Origin: an uncultured bacterium
GTDB taxonomy: Bacteria > Krumholzibacteriota > Krumholzibacteriia > LZORAL124-64-63
Direction of reading: 5' to 3'
NCBI GenBank assembly: GCA_963727525.1
Contig: CAVSGO010000007.1
Coordinates: 1,184,001 to 1,248,000 of the forward strand
DNA length: 64,000 nt
Below are positions 47,507 to 56,950 of this stretch, in pieces; the stretch's first letter is position 1; the number at the start of each line of letters is the position of its first letter. The translations under genes were made by a program, and so were the position numbers. A model generated the notes under the pieces. The model worked only from the letters and a program-made list of their open reading frames with translations, did not search any database and was not told the origin of the DNA.

Positions 47507-48921
47507 GGTCGCTCGAGCAACGTGGCCAGAGCATCACGGACCCCGCGCCGGTCGCCCAGCGCCGCGAGGTCGAGTAGGTGCGGCATCAGGCGGGCCGCCG
47601 CGTCGGGATCACCGGTGCGGCAACGCGCCTGGTTGATCAGCGGGTTGGCGCTGGTCTCGAGCACCTCGCCGGGATCCAGCAACGACTCGTGGCACTTCTC
47701 GCCGGGCCGCAGGCCCACGATCTCGATCCCGGGTCCGAGATCGTCGTTCTCCACGTCGAATCCCGACAGCGCGAGCAGCGTGCGCGCCAGTTCCAGGATC
47801 GACACCGGGTCGCCCATTTCGAGGATGTACGTAGCACCCGCCTCGCCCAGGACCATGGCCTCGAGGACCAGAAGCGCCGCTTCCTTGATGGTCATGAAGT
47901 AACGCGTCATCTGCGGGTCCGTGATCGGCAACGGCAAGCCCTGAGCGATGCGCCGCTGGAAGAACGGCACCACCGAGCCGCGGCTGCCGAGCACATTGCC
48001 AAAGCGCACCGTCATGAAGCGCGTCGACCCGGGACCGGCCTGGGCATGCCGTACGAGAAGCTCTGCGAGCTTCTTCGTGGCGCCCATGATGCTCTGCGGC
48101 GCGACCGCCTTGTCGGTGCTCACCATCACGAAGCGCTCGGCGACGACCTCCCGCGCGAACGCGATGAGATTGGCCGTGCCGCCGCCGTTGACGACCACGG
48201 CCTCCTCGGGATTCGCCTCCATCAGGGGCACGTGCTTGTGGGCCGCGGCGTGCAGAATGAGCTGCGGGCGGTGCCGCTGCGCGAGCACAGTGAGACGGGC
48301 CGCGTCGCGCACGTCGCACACCACCGTCGTGAGCCGGGTCTTGCCGGCGCGCGGCGCCAGCTCGCCGTGGATCTCGAAGAGGCTGTTTTCGCCGCGGCCG
48401 AGCAAGATGAGTTCCTGCGGCTGCAGTGTCAGGAGCTGGCGGCACAGCTCGCCACCGATCGATCCGCCAGCACCGGTCACGAGTACGGTGCGCCCCTCCA
48501 CAACGTCGCGCGCCGGACCGGTCTGGAAGGTCACCGTCTCGCGGCCGAGCAGATCCTCGGGCGCGATGGGGCGCACCTGCTGGAAGCTGACGTCGCCCTC
48601 GATGATGGCGCGCAGGCCAGGCACGATGCGAAAGGGCAGCTTCGCGCGCCGGCACAGCATGAGCAAGCGGCGGATGAGCGCCCCGCGCGCACTCGGGATG
48701 GCCAGCAGGATCTCCTGCGCGCTGACCGCGCGGGCCGCGTCCACCAGGTGGGTCGTATCGCCGACCACCGGCAGCCCGACCACTTCCTTCCCCAGCAGGG
48801 CGGCATCGTCGTCGACGAAACCGACCGGCTCGACGGCCAGATCCTGTTCGCGGATCTGCCGCACCAGCGAGCGTCCGGCCTCGCCGGCGCCGACGATGAG
48901 CAAGCGCGCCTTGGTGGTCAA
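47494..48921 (-). CDS. CapD/PglF-like UDP-GlcNAc 4,6-dehydratase (no N-terminal TM block)
   Basis: IVGAGEAG, EDLLGR, TGAGGSIG, HAAAHKHVP, STDKAV, RFGNVLGSRGSV; TTG 48921 after GGAAAGGA. Confidence 0.92.
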   Translation of the reverse strand: MTTKARLLIVGAGEAGRSLVRQIREQDLAVEPVGFVDDDAALLGKEVVGLPVVGDTTHLVDAARAVSAQEILLAIPSARGALIRRLLMLCRRAKLPFRIVPGLRAIIEGDVSFQQVRPIAPEDLLGRETVTFQTGPARDVVEGRTVLVTGAGGSIGGELCRQLLTLQPQELILLGRGENSLFEIHGELAPRAGKTRLTTVVCDVRDAARLTVLAQRHRPQLILHAAAHKHVPLMEANPEEAVVVNGGGTANLIAFAREVVAERFVMVSTDKAVAPQSIMGATKKLAELLVRHAQAGPGSTRFMTVRFGNVLGSRGSVVPFFQRRIAQGLPLPITDPQMTRYFMTIKEAALLVLEAMVLGEAGATYILEMGDPVSILELARTLLALSGFDVENDDLGPGIEIVGLRPGEKCHESLLDPGEVLETSANPLINQARCRTGDPDAAARLMPHLLDLAALGDRRGVRDALATLLERPCLR

Positions 48922-50891
48922 CGAGCGTCCTTTCCCGATTCGCGACTGCCGCCGGGCTGGAACCAGAGCGTCCGCCAGGTAGATCCGCGTCCGCCCGCCC
49001 AGGCGCCGGTGAGTCCCGGCGGCGCCGAGATCGCGTTCCAGAACGGATCGGCGTCCCAGGCGTTCGGCCGCGGCCCCACGAGGGACACGTGCCCCCGCAA
49101 CAGTGCGACGACCAGCGGCCACTGCCTCCAGAGGGGCAAGATGCGCCCATCCCGGCCGGTCGCAATCGTGACCCGGAGATTATGCCCGCCCGCGCCGCGC
49201 CAGTCGATGATTTCCCGCCCCGAATGACCGCGCGACCAGACCGCCACCACCGCCAGGGCCGCCCCCACGACCAGCCCCAGCACCCTCAGGCCGGCGCGAC
49301 GCAGAGTCTGTCCATCGTCCGGGTCGAGCACGCCGCTCACGTCCGCACCGAAAGTCTCCGCCCGGGCCCCGGCCTCGAGCATCCAGGCTTCGTCGATGCG
49401 CCAACGCAGTCGGATGCGCGCGCGGCGCAGCTGCGCGAGCTCGGCCGCATCGCCCCGGGGAGCCTGCCAGAACACGACCTGGGACACCCGCAGCCGCTCG
49501 ACGAGTGCCGGCAGCTCCTGCACCGGCCCGAGCCACGGGATCTCCAGCTCCTGGTCCGTGACGGGCGCATCGGTCACGTAGCCCACGGGATCGATCCCCT
49601 CGCGGCGCGGGTCCGGACAGCCGCCCAACCACTGCTGGAGCTGCGCGGGCGTGGCCACGAGCAACGTGCGCTCCAGGGAGAAGTAGCCGCGCTCCATGCG
49701 ACGCCGCAGGCGGGTGAAGATCTGTTCACCCAGGATGGTCAGCCCGGTGAACAGCGCCAGGAAGAGCACGAGCACCGCGCGACTCACGACGTCCTGTCGA
49801 CCGAGGTACGGCGTCGCCAGCAGGAGCAGCCCCACGAGGCCCTGCTGCCGCACATACTCGCCCAGTCGCGTGAGTCGGCGCAGCCGCTCGCCCCGGTACC
49901 GCCCCAGGAGCAGGAACGTCACCGTCACGAGCAGGGCGGCGTACGCCAGGAAGCCGCGATACCAGGACAGCGGGAAGAGGGTCTCGGGAAACAATGGCTG
50001 GAACGCACGCCGCACCCCGTACGCAGTGAGGAAGGCGACGAGAAGCAGCACCATGTCCAGCAGCCAGAGCCCGATCTGGTCGAGCGGTTGCCGCCACTTC
50101 TTGAGCAGGTAGACGAGCACGCCCCACTTCTCGTAGAACGACATCAGGCTCGTCAGGTGCAGCCAGTAGCTGCGCGTCAGCGGGCCGCGCGCACTGGCGC
50201 GCCGGTGGCGGTGCACGAAACGCGCAGCGGGCGTGTAGACGACCTCATACCCGCAGCGCCACATGCGGTAGCACCAGTCGACGTCCTCGAAGTACAGGAA
50301 GAAGCGCTCGTCCATCGGTCCGCACCGCGCCAGCGCGTCGCGCCGCACCAGGAGGCAGCCGCCCAGCACCCAGTCCACCGGACGTTCGCTCAAATGGTCG
50401 AAGTCGCGCATGAGATGGCGACTCACCGTGCGGCTGCGGGGAACGACGCGTCCCAGCGGCGTCCGCCGCAGCAGCAGCGTGCGCAGGGTGTAGAAGCGCC
50501 GACACGACTCCTGCACGCTGCCGTCGTCGTTGAGCAGTTGCGGACCGATGATGCCGGCGCGCGGCCGTGCGGCGGCGAAGGCCACGAGCGCGTCGAGCGA
50601 GCCCGGCAGCACCACGATGTCGGGATTCAGGATGAGGTAATAGTCGGCCGCCACCTGCGCGAGTCCCTGGTTGCACCCGCGCGCGTAGCCCCGGTTCTCG
50701 GTGTTCATGAGCCAGTGGCAGGCCGGAAAACGATCGCGCACACGATCGAGATCGGGGGCGGTGCTCGCGTTGTCCACGACGACGATCTCGTGGGCACACG
50801 CCGGCGCTTGCTCGTGCAGCGAGGCCAGGCATCGCTCGAGATCGTCGGGCGTGTTGTAATGAATGATCACGATGCCGAGCGTCACCGACAT
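48918..50891 (-). CDS. GT2 glycosyltransferase fused to TM block and degenerate polyprenyl-phosphate sugar-1-P transferase domain
   Basis: VVDNAS, NPD, FLYFEDVD; TMs; SLVGPRP...PGLTG. Confidence 0.8.
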   Translation of the reverse strand: MSVTLGIVIIHYNTPDDLERCLASLHEQAPACAHEIVVVDNASTAPDLDRVRDRFPACHWLMNTENRGYARGCNQGLAQVAADYYLILNPDIVVLPGSLDALVAFAAARPRAGIIGPQLLNDDGSVQESCRRFYTLRTLLLRRTPLGRVVPRSRTVSRHLMRDFDHLSERPVDWVLGGCLLVRRDALARCGPMDERFFLYFEDVDWCYRMWRCGYEVVYTPAARFVHRHRRASARGPLTRSYWLHLTSLMSFYEKWGVLVYLLKKWRQPLDQIGLWLLDMVLLLVAFLTAYGVRRAFQPLFPETLFPLSWYRGFLAYAALLVTVTFLLLGRYRGERLRRLTRLGEYVRQQGLVGLLLLATPYLGRQDVVSRAVLVLFLALFTGLTILGEQIFTRLRRRMERGYFSLERTLLVATPAQLQQWLGGCPDPRREGIDPVGYVTDAPVTDQELEIPWLGPVQELPALVERLRVSQVVFWQAPRGDAAELAQLRRARIRLRWRIDEAWMLEAGARAETFGADVSGVLDPDDGQTLRRAGLRVLGLVVGAALAVVAVWSRGHSGREIIDWRGAGGHNLRVTIATGRDGRILPLWRQWPLVVALLRGHVSLVGPRPNAWDADPFWNAISAPPGLTGAWAGGRGSTWRTLWFQPGGSRESGKDAR

Positions 50892-51607
50892 CACGGAATC
50901 TTCTTCAGCCGCAGGGCCCACACCACCCACGCCGCTTCCAAGATGATCCGTCGCGACATCTTGCTCATGCCGACCTGCCGATCGACGAAGAGTATCGGAA
51001 TCTCCTTGATGCGCATCCCGCGTTTCCACACGTGGTACGTCACCTCGATCTGGAAACTGTAGCCGTCGCTCTTGATCCGGTCGAGGGGCAGCGCCGCGAG
51101 GGTCGAGCGGCGGAAGCACTTGAAGCCGCCCGTGCAATCGCTGACCGGCAGGCCCGTGATCAAGCGCGCGTAGTGATTGGCGCCCACGCTGAGGATGAGC
51201 CGGCTCAGCGGCCAGTTCACCACCGTGATGCCATGCAGATAGCGGCTACCGAGCACGAGATCGTGGTCGGCGATCTCGCGCAGGAATTGGGGCAGCGCCG
51301 TGGGGTCGTGGCTATGATCGGCATCCATCTCGAAGATCACGTCGCATTCGGTGTTGGCCAGCACCCACTGGAAGCCGGCGATGTAGGCCTGTCCCAGGCC
51401 GGCCTTGCTGGGCCGCAGCAGTAGATGCAGCCGCGTGCCGAAGCCGGGCAGACCGCGCACCACGTCGGCCGTGCCATCGGGCGAGCTGTCGTCCACGACC
51501 AGCACGGCGAGCCGGGGATCCTGCGCGAGGATCTCGGGTACGATGCGCGCGATGTTCTCCGCCTCGTTGTAGGTCGGTACCACCACGATGGGCCGCATCT
51601 CACTCAT
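50891..51607 (-). CDS. Polyprenol monophosphomannose synthase
   Basis: PTYNEAEN, VDDSSPDGT, EMDADHSH, DCTGGFK, GYSFQIE, FVDR..G.SKM. Confidence 0.92.
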   Translation of the reverse strand: MSEMRPIVVVPTYNEAENIARIVPEILAQDPRLAVLVVDDSSPDGTADVVRGLPGFGTRLHLLLRPSKAGLGQAYIAGFQWVLANTECDVIFEMDADHSHDPTALPQFLREIADHDLVLGSRYLHGITVVNWPLSRLILSVGANHYARLITGLPVSDCTGGFKCFRRSTLAALPLDRIKSDGYSFQIEVTYHVWKRGMRIKEIPILFVDRQVGMSKMSRRIILEAAWVVWALRLKKIP

Positions 51608-54035
51608 GTCGCCTCCACCCCACCACCAGCAGTACGACGATGCCTAAAAGTCCGATCAGGCTGGCGACGAATCCCGCGCGCAGACCAGGCGTGTGGTAGG
51701 CGAACCGCACCTCGTGTTTTCCCGCCGGCAACGCCACGGCCCGCAACGCGTGGTCGGCCGTCAGCAACGGCTGTGCCGCGCCGTCCACGTGGACGATCCA
51801 GCCCGGAGCGGCGAGGTCGGCAAGCACGAGCACCGCGGGCGACGGCGCCTCGGTCGCCAGCACGATCTCGTCGGGACCGTCCTTCACGAACGTCGGGCGC
51901 GGCAGTGGTGCCTCGGCGGGCACGGGCGGCGGTTCCGGGACCTGGTCGAGCACGACGGCCGCGCTCGCGTCGTGACGACCGGCGACGATCGCATCGAGGA
52001 ATGGACCGAGCGAATCGTTCGCCGCGATTGTGAAGCGGTCGACCAGCCGGGCCCGCGGCAAGGCGGCGCGATTGTGGTAGAGCCACATGTTCCCGACAGT
52101 CTGCGGCGTGGGTTCGAGGTCGAGCCCGACCTGGCGCAGCACGTCGAACGCCTCGGCCGGCAGCGCGCGCGCGAAGGTGACCGTCGTCGCTCCGAGCCAG
52201 TTCGCGAGGTGGCCGCTGGGCATCTGCCCGAAGAGCCGCTGGCGCAGTTCCTCGGCCACCGCCGGCTTGGCCGGGTAGTAGCCGCCGAGCGACCGCACAC
52301 CCACGGTCATGTAGGCATTGCTCTGGCTGTCGCGCGCCAGCGGGTACACGCGCTCGTGCCCCACCCCGGCCTGAAGCGCGGCGGCCAGAGCCGGATCGAC
52401 GAGCGGGGCGCGCTGGCGACGATAGGGATGCTCGAGCCGGGCGGCGGCCAGGAGGCGCCCGCGTCCCTGCGAGTCGGCCACGACCTGCTGCAGGGCTGTC
52501 TGCGGTGCCGTCACCAGCCTCGCCACGGAACCCAGGTCCACGCACAGGAGCAGCGCGAGCACCCACACCAGCGCCCGCGCCCGGAAGACCGCGTGCCGCG
52601 TGGCCAGGAAGATCGCCCCGGCGGCCGCGAGCAGCACCAGGCCGTCGCGCACGAGGAAACTCTTCTGGAGAGCCCAGGCGCCGTCGAGCAGCACGTCGAC
52701 CGCCTGCTTGCCCGTGCCCGCGGCGACGTCCCGCAGATGGCTGCGGAACGCGCCGGCCGTGGCGCCGGACGCGCCGGCGACGAGCGTGAGCGCGCCGAGC
52801 GCCGCGAGCACGATGAGCACGATGCGCCGTTGCCGGTCACGTCCGGGGGCATCCTCGGCCAGCGCCGCCGCCCCCTGGCCCGCCAGGACCGCTGCCACGA
52901 AGGCCAGTAGCACCAGGATCATCGAGGGCACGCGGAACTTGTCGAAATACGGCAGTGCGGCATACATCGCCTGGTACAGGCCCGGACTGCGGCCTCCCAG
53001 GGCTACCAGCAGCGCCAGCACACCGGCGACCGCGCAGCAGAGCACCAGGCTGCGCCGCCGCGTCCACCAGGCCGCGCCGGCCAGCACCAGCCATAGCCAG
53101 CCGAGGTAATTGGGATAGTCGGTGAAGGGCATCGGTCCCATGTACGTGGCCTTGCCGAAGCCCATGGCGCCGGGCTGCACCAGCGTCGGGATCTCCTGCG
53201 GTCCGAGGCTCCAGGCCGTGGCGTAGTCGAAGCCCACACCGCCTCCCGCTCCGCTCCCGCCGCGGGTCGAGATGGCCGCGTAGTCGTGCACCGGAAGCAG
53301 CATCACGGCGCCCACCAGGAACGCGAGCGCCAGGGCAACGGCCACCAGTCCGGCGCGCCGCAACCGCGCGCCGATCGGCACGACGTCACCCAGGGGCCAG
53401 GCGACGTGCCACACGACGATGAATCCGAGCAGCAGAAGCGTGTAGTACGTGATCTGCACGTGCCCGCGCAGGAATTGCAGTCCGAGCAGCAATGCCAGCC
53501 AGCCCACAGAACGCAGGCGCCCGCGCGTGAGCACGTCGAAGGTCAACCCCACCAGCCAGGGCAGGTACATCGCCGCGCCCAGCTTGCTGCCGTGTCCGTA
53601 CACGCTCCACGCCACGATGCGCGCGAACATGAGCCAGCCCACGGCGCCCACGACCCGCGCCGCCAGCGGCAGGCGCCAGCGGCCCAGCAGCCACACCATG
53701 CCCAGACCGCCGAAGACGAGATGGGCAAGCAGCCACGTCAGCGGCGGGAAATGGAGCTGGCGCTGGAGGAACTCGAGGATCAGGCCCGGCGGATAGAGCC
53801 CTGGTGTGTAGGCTAGCGAACCGAAGGTGGGCATGCCGATGAAGATGAACGGAGTCCACTGGGGATAGCCGCCCGCCGCGTCGCCGGCCAGCCGGAACGC
53901 GTCGGAGCTCTCGGCGTCGGCGCTCTGGAACACGTGGCCGCGGAACATGGCCCCCGGATAGAGCCATGCCAGTATCAGGACCACGGCCAGGGCGGGCGCC
54001 CAGGCGCGCAGTCGGGACAGCGGCGGCATGGTCAC
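51600..54035 (-). CDS. YfhO-family membrane protein (GT-C-like)
   Basis: WTPFIFIGMP, HVQITYY, KFRVP, ALPRA, PGW...VDG...A.HALRAV.LPAGKHEV.F.Y. Confidence 0.85.
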   Translation of the reverse strand: MTMPPLSRLRAWAPALAVVLILAWLYPGAMFRGHVFQSADAESSDAFRLAGDAAGGYPQWTPFIFIGMPTFGSLAYTPGLYPPGLILEFLQRQLHFPPLTWLLAHLVFGGLGMVWLLGRWRLPLAARVVGAVGWLMFARIVAWSVYGHGSKLGAAMYLPWLVGLTFDVLTRGRLRSVGWLALLLGLQFLRGHVQITYYTLLLLGFIVVWHVAWPLGDVVPIGARLRRAGLVAVALALAFLVGAVMLLPVHDYAAISTRGGSGAGGGVGFDYATAWSLGPQEIPTLVQPGAMGFGKATYMGPMPFTDYPNYLGWLWLVLAGAAWWTRRRSLVLCCAVAGVLALLVALGGRSPGLYQAMYAALPYFDKFRVPSMILVLLAFVAAVLAGQGAAALAEDAPGRDRQRRIVLIVLAALGALTLVAGASGATAGAFRSHLRDVAAGTGKQAVDVLLDGAWALQKSFLVRDGLVLLAAAGAIFLATRHAVFRARALVWVLALLLCVDLGSVARLVTAPQTALQQVVADSQGRGRLLAAARLEHPYRRQRAPLVDPALAAALQAGVGHERVYPLARDSQSNAYMTVGVRSLGGYYPAKPAVAEELRQRLFGQMPSGHLANWLGATTVTFARALPAEAFDVLRQVGLDLEPTPQTVGNMWLYHNRAALPRARLVDRFTIAANDSLGPFLDAIVAGRHDASAAVVLDQVPEPPPVPAEAPLPRPTFVKDGPDEIVLATEAPSPAVLVLADLAAPGWIVHVDGAAQPLLTADHALRAVALPAGKHEVRFAYHTPGLRAGFVASLIGLLGIVVLLVVGWRRHE

Positions 54036-54053
54036 ACGGCCCTCCTTCGCGAT

Positions 54054-54983
54054 TCAGGTTAGCATTCCCGGCGCAGGATTGTCCACCGGCGCCGCCCGCA
54101 GCTCGTCGAGGGCACCTTGTACCAGGGCCAGGGCCGTCGCCCAGCGGCCGTGCCACAGATGCCACACGTAGTGGCCGCCGAAGTAGGCGAGCTGGCCCAG
54201 GGCGAGCGCGGGCCAGTCGCGGACCGGCCAGTGGCGGCGCAGCAGCTTGATGTGGCTGCGGCTGCGCAGGTACGCCTTCCGCGGACTGCCGACGCCGAGG
54301 CTGGCGCTCACACGGTGCAGGATGAGCGCGCGTGGCACGTGCAGGATCTCGCCGCCCCGCTCGCGCATGCGCAGGCTGTAGTCGGCATCCTCGCCGTAGA
54401 AGTAGAAATCGGTGTCGAGCAGACCGAGCCGCTGAAGGTTCTCACGCGCGAGCAGCAAGGCGCACCCCGTGCCGTAGTCGACGAAACGCTGCTCGAGGGA
54501 GAGCTTGCCGGTGAGCTTGCGGATCCCCTCGTGGCTCACCCAGCCGCTCCAGCGGCCCACACGCCCACCGTCGTACCAGGCGCGCGCGGGGTCGTCGAAG
54601 TAGCAGATGCGCGGCGTGGCCGCCCAGGCGCGCGGCTCGGCCGCGAGCGCGGTGGTGAGCCGTTCGAGGCTGCCCTGGGGCACGCTCGTGTCGTTGTTCA
54701 GCAGGAGCACCTGGTCCTGCGGCAGCCCTTCCTCGAGCAGGCGTTGCAGGGCGAGGTTGTTGCCCGCCGCCCACCGCAGGTTGCGGTCCGACTCGATGAT
54801 CTCGACCTCGGGATGGTGCTTGCGCACGAAGGCCAGCGAGCTGTCCGTGGACGCGTTGTCGACGAGAAGCACTCGCAGATCGGGATAGCCCGCGTCCCGG
54901 AGGGAGCGCAGGCAGTCCGGCAGGACCTCGCGGCCGTTCCAGTTCACCACCACGACCACCAGGCTCGGCAGGGTATCAGACAC
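54054..54983 (-). CDS. GT2 glycosyltransferase
   Basis: VNWNG, VDNASTD, LLNND, YFYGEDAD. Confidence 0.9.
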   Translation of the reverse strand: MSDTLPSLVVVVVNWNGREVLPDCLRSLRDAGYPDLRVLLVDNASTDSSLAFVRKHHPEVEIIESDRNLRWAAGNNLALQRLLEEGLPQDQVLLLNNDTSVPQGSLERLTTALAAEPRAWAATPRICYFDDPARAWYDGGRVGRWSGWVSHEGIRKLTGKLSLEQRFVDYGTGCALLLARENLQRLGLLDTDFYFYGEDADYSLRMRERGGEILHVPRALILHRVSASLGVGSPRKAYLRSRSHIKLLRRHWPVRDWPALALGQLAYFGGHYVWHLWHGRWATALALVQGALDELRAAPVDNPAPGMLT

Positions 54984-55899
54984 GATCGCGCACCCGGAAC
55001 GCCTCGGTCGGCCGGCGCTGGCTGACGATCAGTTCCGCGATCAGCCCCAGGCTGATGAACTGGATGGCCATGATGACGAGCACGAGTCCGAGCACCAGCA
55101 TCGGGCGCACGCGCAGCGCGTGTCCCACGAGCCAGGTGACGAGGAAGTACAGGCAGATCGCCAACCCCGCCGTCCCCGTGCCCACGCCGAGCCGGCCGAA
55201 GAAATGCAGCGGCGAGGTGCCGCGCGCGTGCAGGAACGACACGGTGAGCAGATCGAGGAAGCCGTGCAGAAAACGGTCGAGGCCATACTTGGTGACGCCG
55301 TACTTCCGCCGGTGGTGGCGCACCGGGATCTCCGTGACACGGAAGCCATCGAGATGCGCGAGCGCCGGCACGTAGCGGTGCATCTCGCCATAGAGCGGCA
55401 GCCGCTGGGTGACTTCGCGGCGGTACGCCTTGAGCCCGCAATTGAAGTCGTGCAGGGCGAGTCCGCACATCCGGCTCGTGGCCCAATTGTAAATCTTGGA
55501 GGTGTTGTTCTTGACCCACGTGTCCTTGCGATCCTGCTTCCAGCCCGAGACGAGGTCCCAGCCCTCGTCGAGGGTGGCGAGCAAGCGCGGGATCTCGACA
55601 GGATCGTCCTGCAGGTCGGCGTCCATGGTGACGACGATGCGCCCCTGCGCGGCAGCGAAACCCGCCGCTAGCGCCGCCGCCTTGCCATAGTTGCGCGCCA
55701 GGCGGATGCCGTGCACGTGGGAGTCGGCCGCAGCCTGGGCCTGGATCGCTTCCCAGGTGCTATCGCGCGAGCCGTCGTCAATGATCCACATCTCCCAGGC
55801 GAGGCCGGCGGCCGCCGCCACGTCGCGCACCTGCGCCACCAGTTCGGGGAGCGATTCGGCCTCGTTGAACGCGGGCACCACGATGGCGACATCAACCAC
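54976..55899 (-). CDS. GT2 polyprenyl-phosphate glycosyltransferase (ArnC/GtrB-like)
   Basis: PAFNE, DDGSRD, MDADLQDDP, DFNCGLKAY, two C-terminal TMs. Confidence 0.9.
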   Translation of the reverse strand: MVDVAIVVPAFNEAESLPELVAQVRDVAAAAGLAWEMWIIDDGSRDSTWEAIQAQAAADSHVHGIRLARNYGKAAALAAGFAAAQGRIVVTMDADLQDDPVEIPRLLATLDEGWDLVSGWKQDRKDTWVKNNTSKIYNWATSRMCGLALHDFNCGLKAYRREVTQRLPLYGEMHRYVPALAHLDGFRVTEIPVRHHRRKYGVTKYGLDRFLHGFLDLLTVSFLHARGTSPLHFFGRLGVGTGTAGLAICLYFLVTWLVGHALRVRPMLVLGLVLVIMAIQFISLGLIAELIVSQRRPTEAFRVRDRV

Positions 55900-56950
55900 C
55901 CTGACGCCTCCTGGCCACGGTCCACATGACCTCGCGTGCGATCCCCTCGGCGAACGGCACTTGCGGCGCGTATCCGATGAGCGCCTCGCCGTGCGAGCGG
56001 TCGGCGTAGGTGTGGCGGACGTCGCCCTTGGCCGTCTCGGTGTAGGCGATCTGCGCCTGGGTGTGCGGCGCGGTCTTGCGCAGAAGCGCCGCGATCAGCT
56101 CGAGCGCGTCGGCCAGCACGATGCGTGAGCCGCCGCCCACGTTGAACACCGGCCCGCCCGCCGGCGCCGCCACGCTCAGCAGATTGGCGCGCACGGCGTC
56201 GGTGACGTAGGTGAAATCGCGCGTCTGCCGGCCATCGCCATACACGCGGAAGGGCCGTCCGTCGAGCGCCGCCTCGCAGAACTTGCGGAAGGCCATGTCG
56301 GGCCGTTGCCGCGGGCCGTACACCGTGAAGTATCGCAGACTCGCCGTCGGAACCTGGAAACCCTCGGCGTACAGCACGCAGAGATGCTCGGCCGCCAGCT
56401 TGCTCACGCCGTAAGGGGAGCGCGGCATGGGCAGCATGTCCTCCGTCACAGGATACTGCGGCTGGTCGCCGTACACGGAACTGGAGCTTGAGTAGACGAG
56501 GCGCGCGAGGTCGCCGCCCACACGCGGATCGCGGCAAGCTTCGAGTAGCCGCTGGGTCGCCAGCACGTTCCAGTCGAGGTAGTGAGTGAACTCGCGTCCC
56601 CAGCTCGCCCTCACGCCCGCCTGCGCGGCCAGATGGAAACAGGCGCGAGCGCCGGCCAGGAGGTCGACCGCATCGAGGTCGTTCAGATCGCGTTCCAGGA
56701 ACGTGAACCGCGGATGGGCCTGGGCCGTGCCCAGGTTCTCGCGCTTGAGGGCCGGATCGTAGTAGTCGGTAAGCCGGTCGACGCCCACCACGTCGCATTC
56801 CAGCGCGAGGAGGGCCTCCGTGAGGTGGCTGCCGATGAAGCCCGCGCACCCCGTGACGACCACGCGGGCGCCCGGCGCAAGGATATCGCGCACGGCCGCG
56901 GGCAAGTCGGCCGTGAGGGCTGACCAGTCATGCTCCCAGGCCGCGCTCAC
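55892..56950 (-). CDS. NAD-dependent nucleotide-sugar epimerase
   Basis: TGCAGFIG, HLAAQAGVR, SSSSVYG, YGVSK, YGPRQRPDM. Confidence 0.92.
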   Translation of the reverse strand: MSAAWEHDWSALTADLPAAVRDILAPGARVVVTGCAGFIGSHLTEALLALECDVVGVDRLTDYYDPALKRENLGTAQAHPRFTFLERDLNDLDAVDLLAGARACFHLAAQAGVRASWGREFTHYLDWNVLATQRLLEACRDPRVGGDLARLVYSSSSSVYGDQPQYPVTEDMLPMPRSPYGVSKLAAEHLCVLYAEGFQVPTASLRYFTVYGPRQRPDMAFRKFCEAALDGRPFRVYGDGRQTRDFTYVTDAVRANLLSVAAPAGGPVFNVGGGSRIVLADALELIAALLRKTAPHTQAQIAYTETAKGDVRHTYADRSHGEALIGYAPQVPFAEGIAREVMWTVARRRQGG

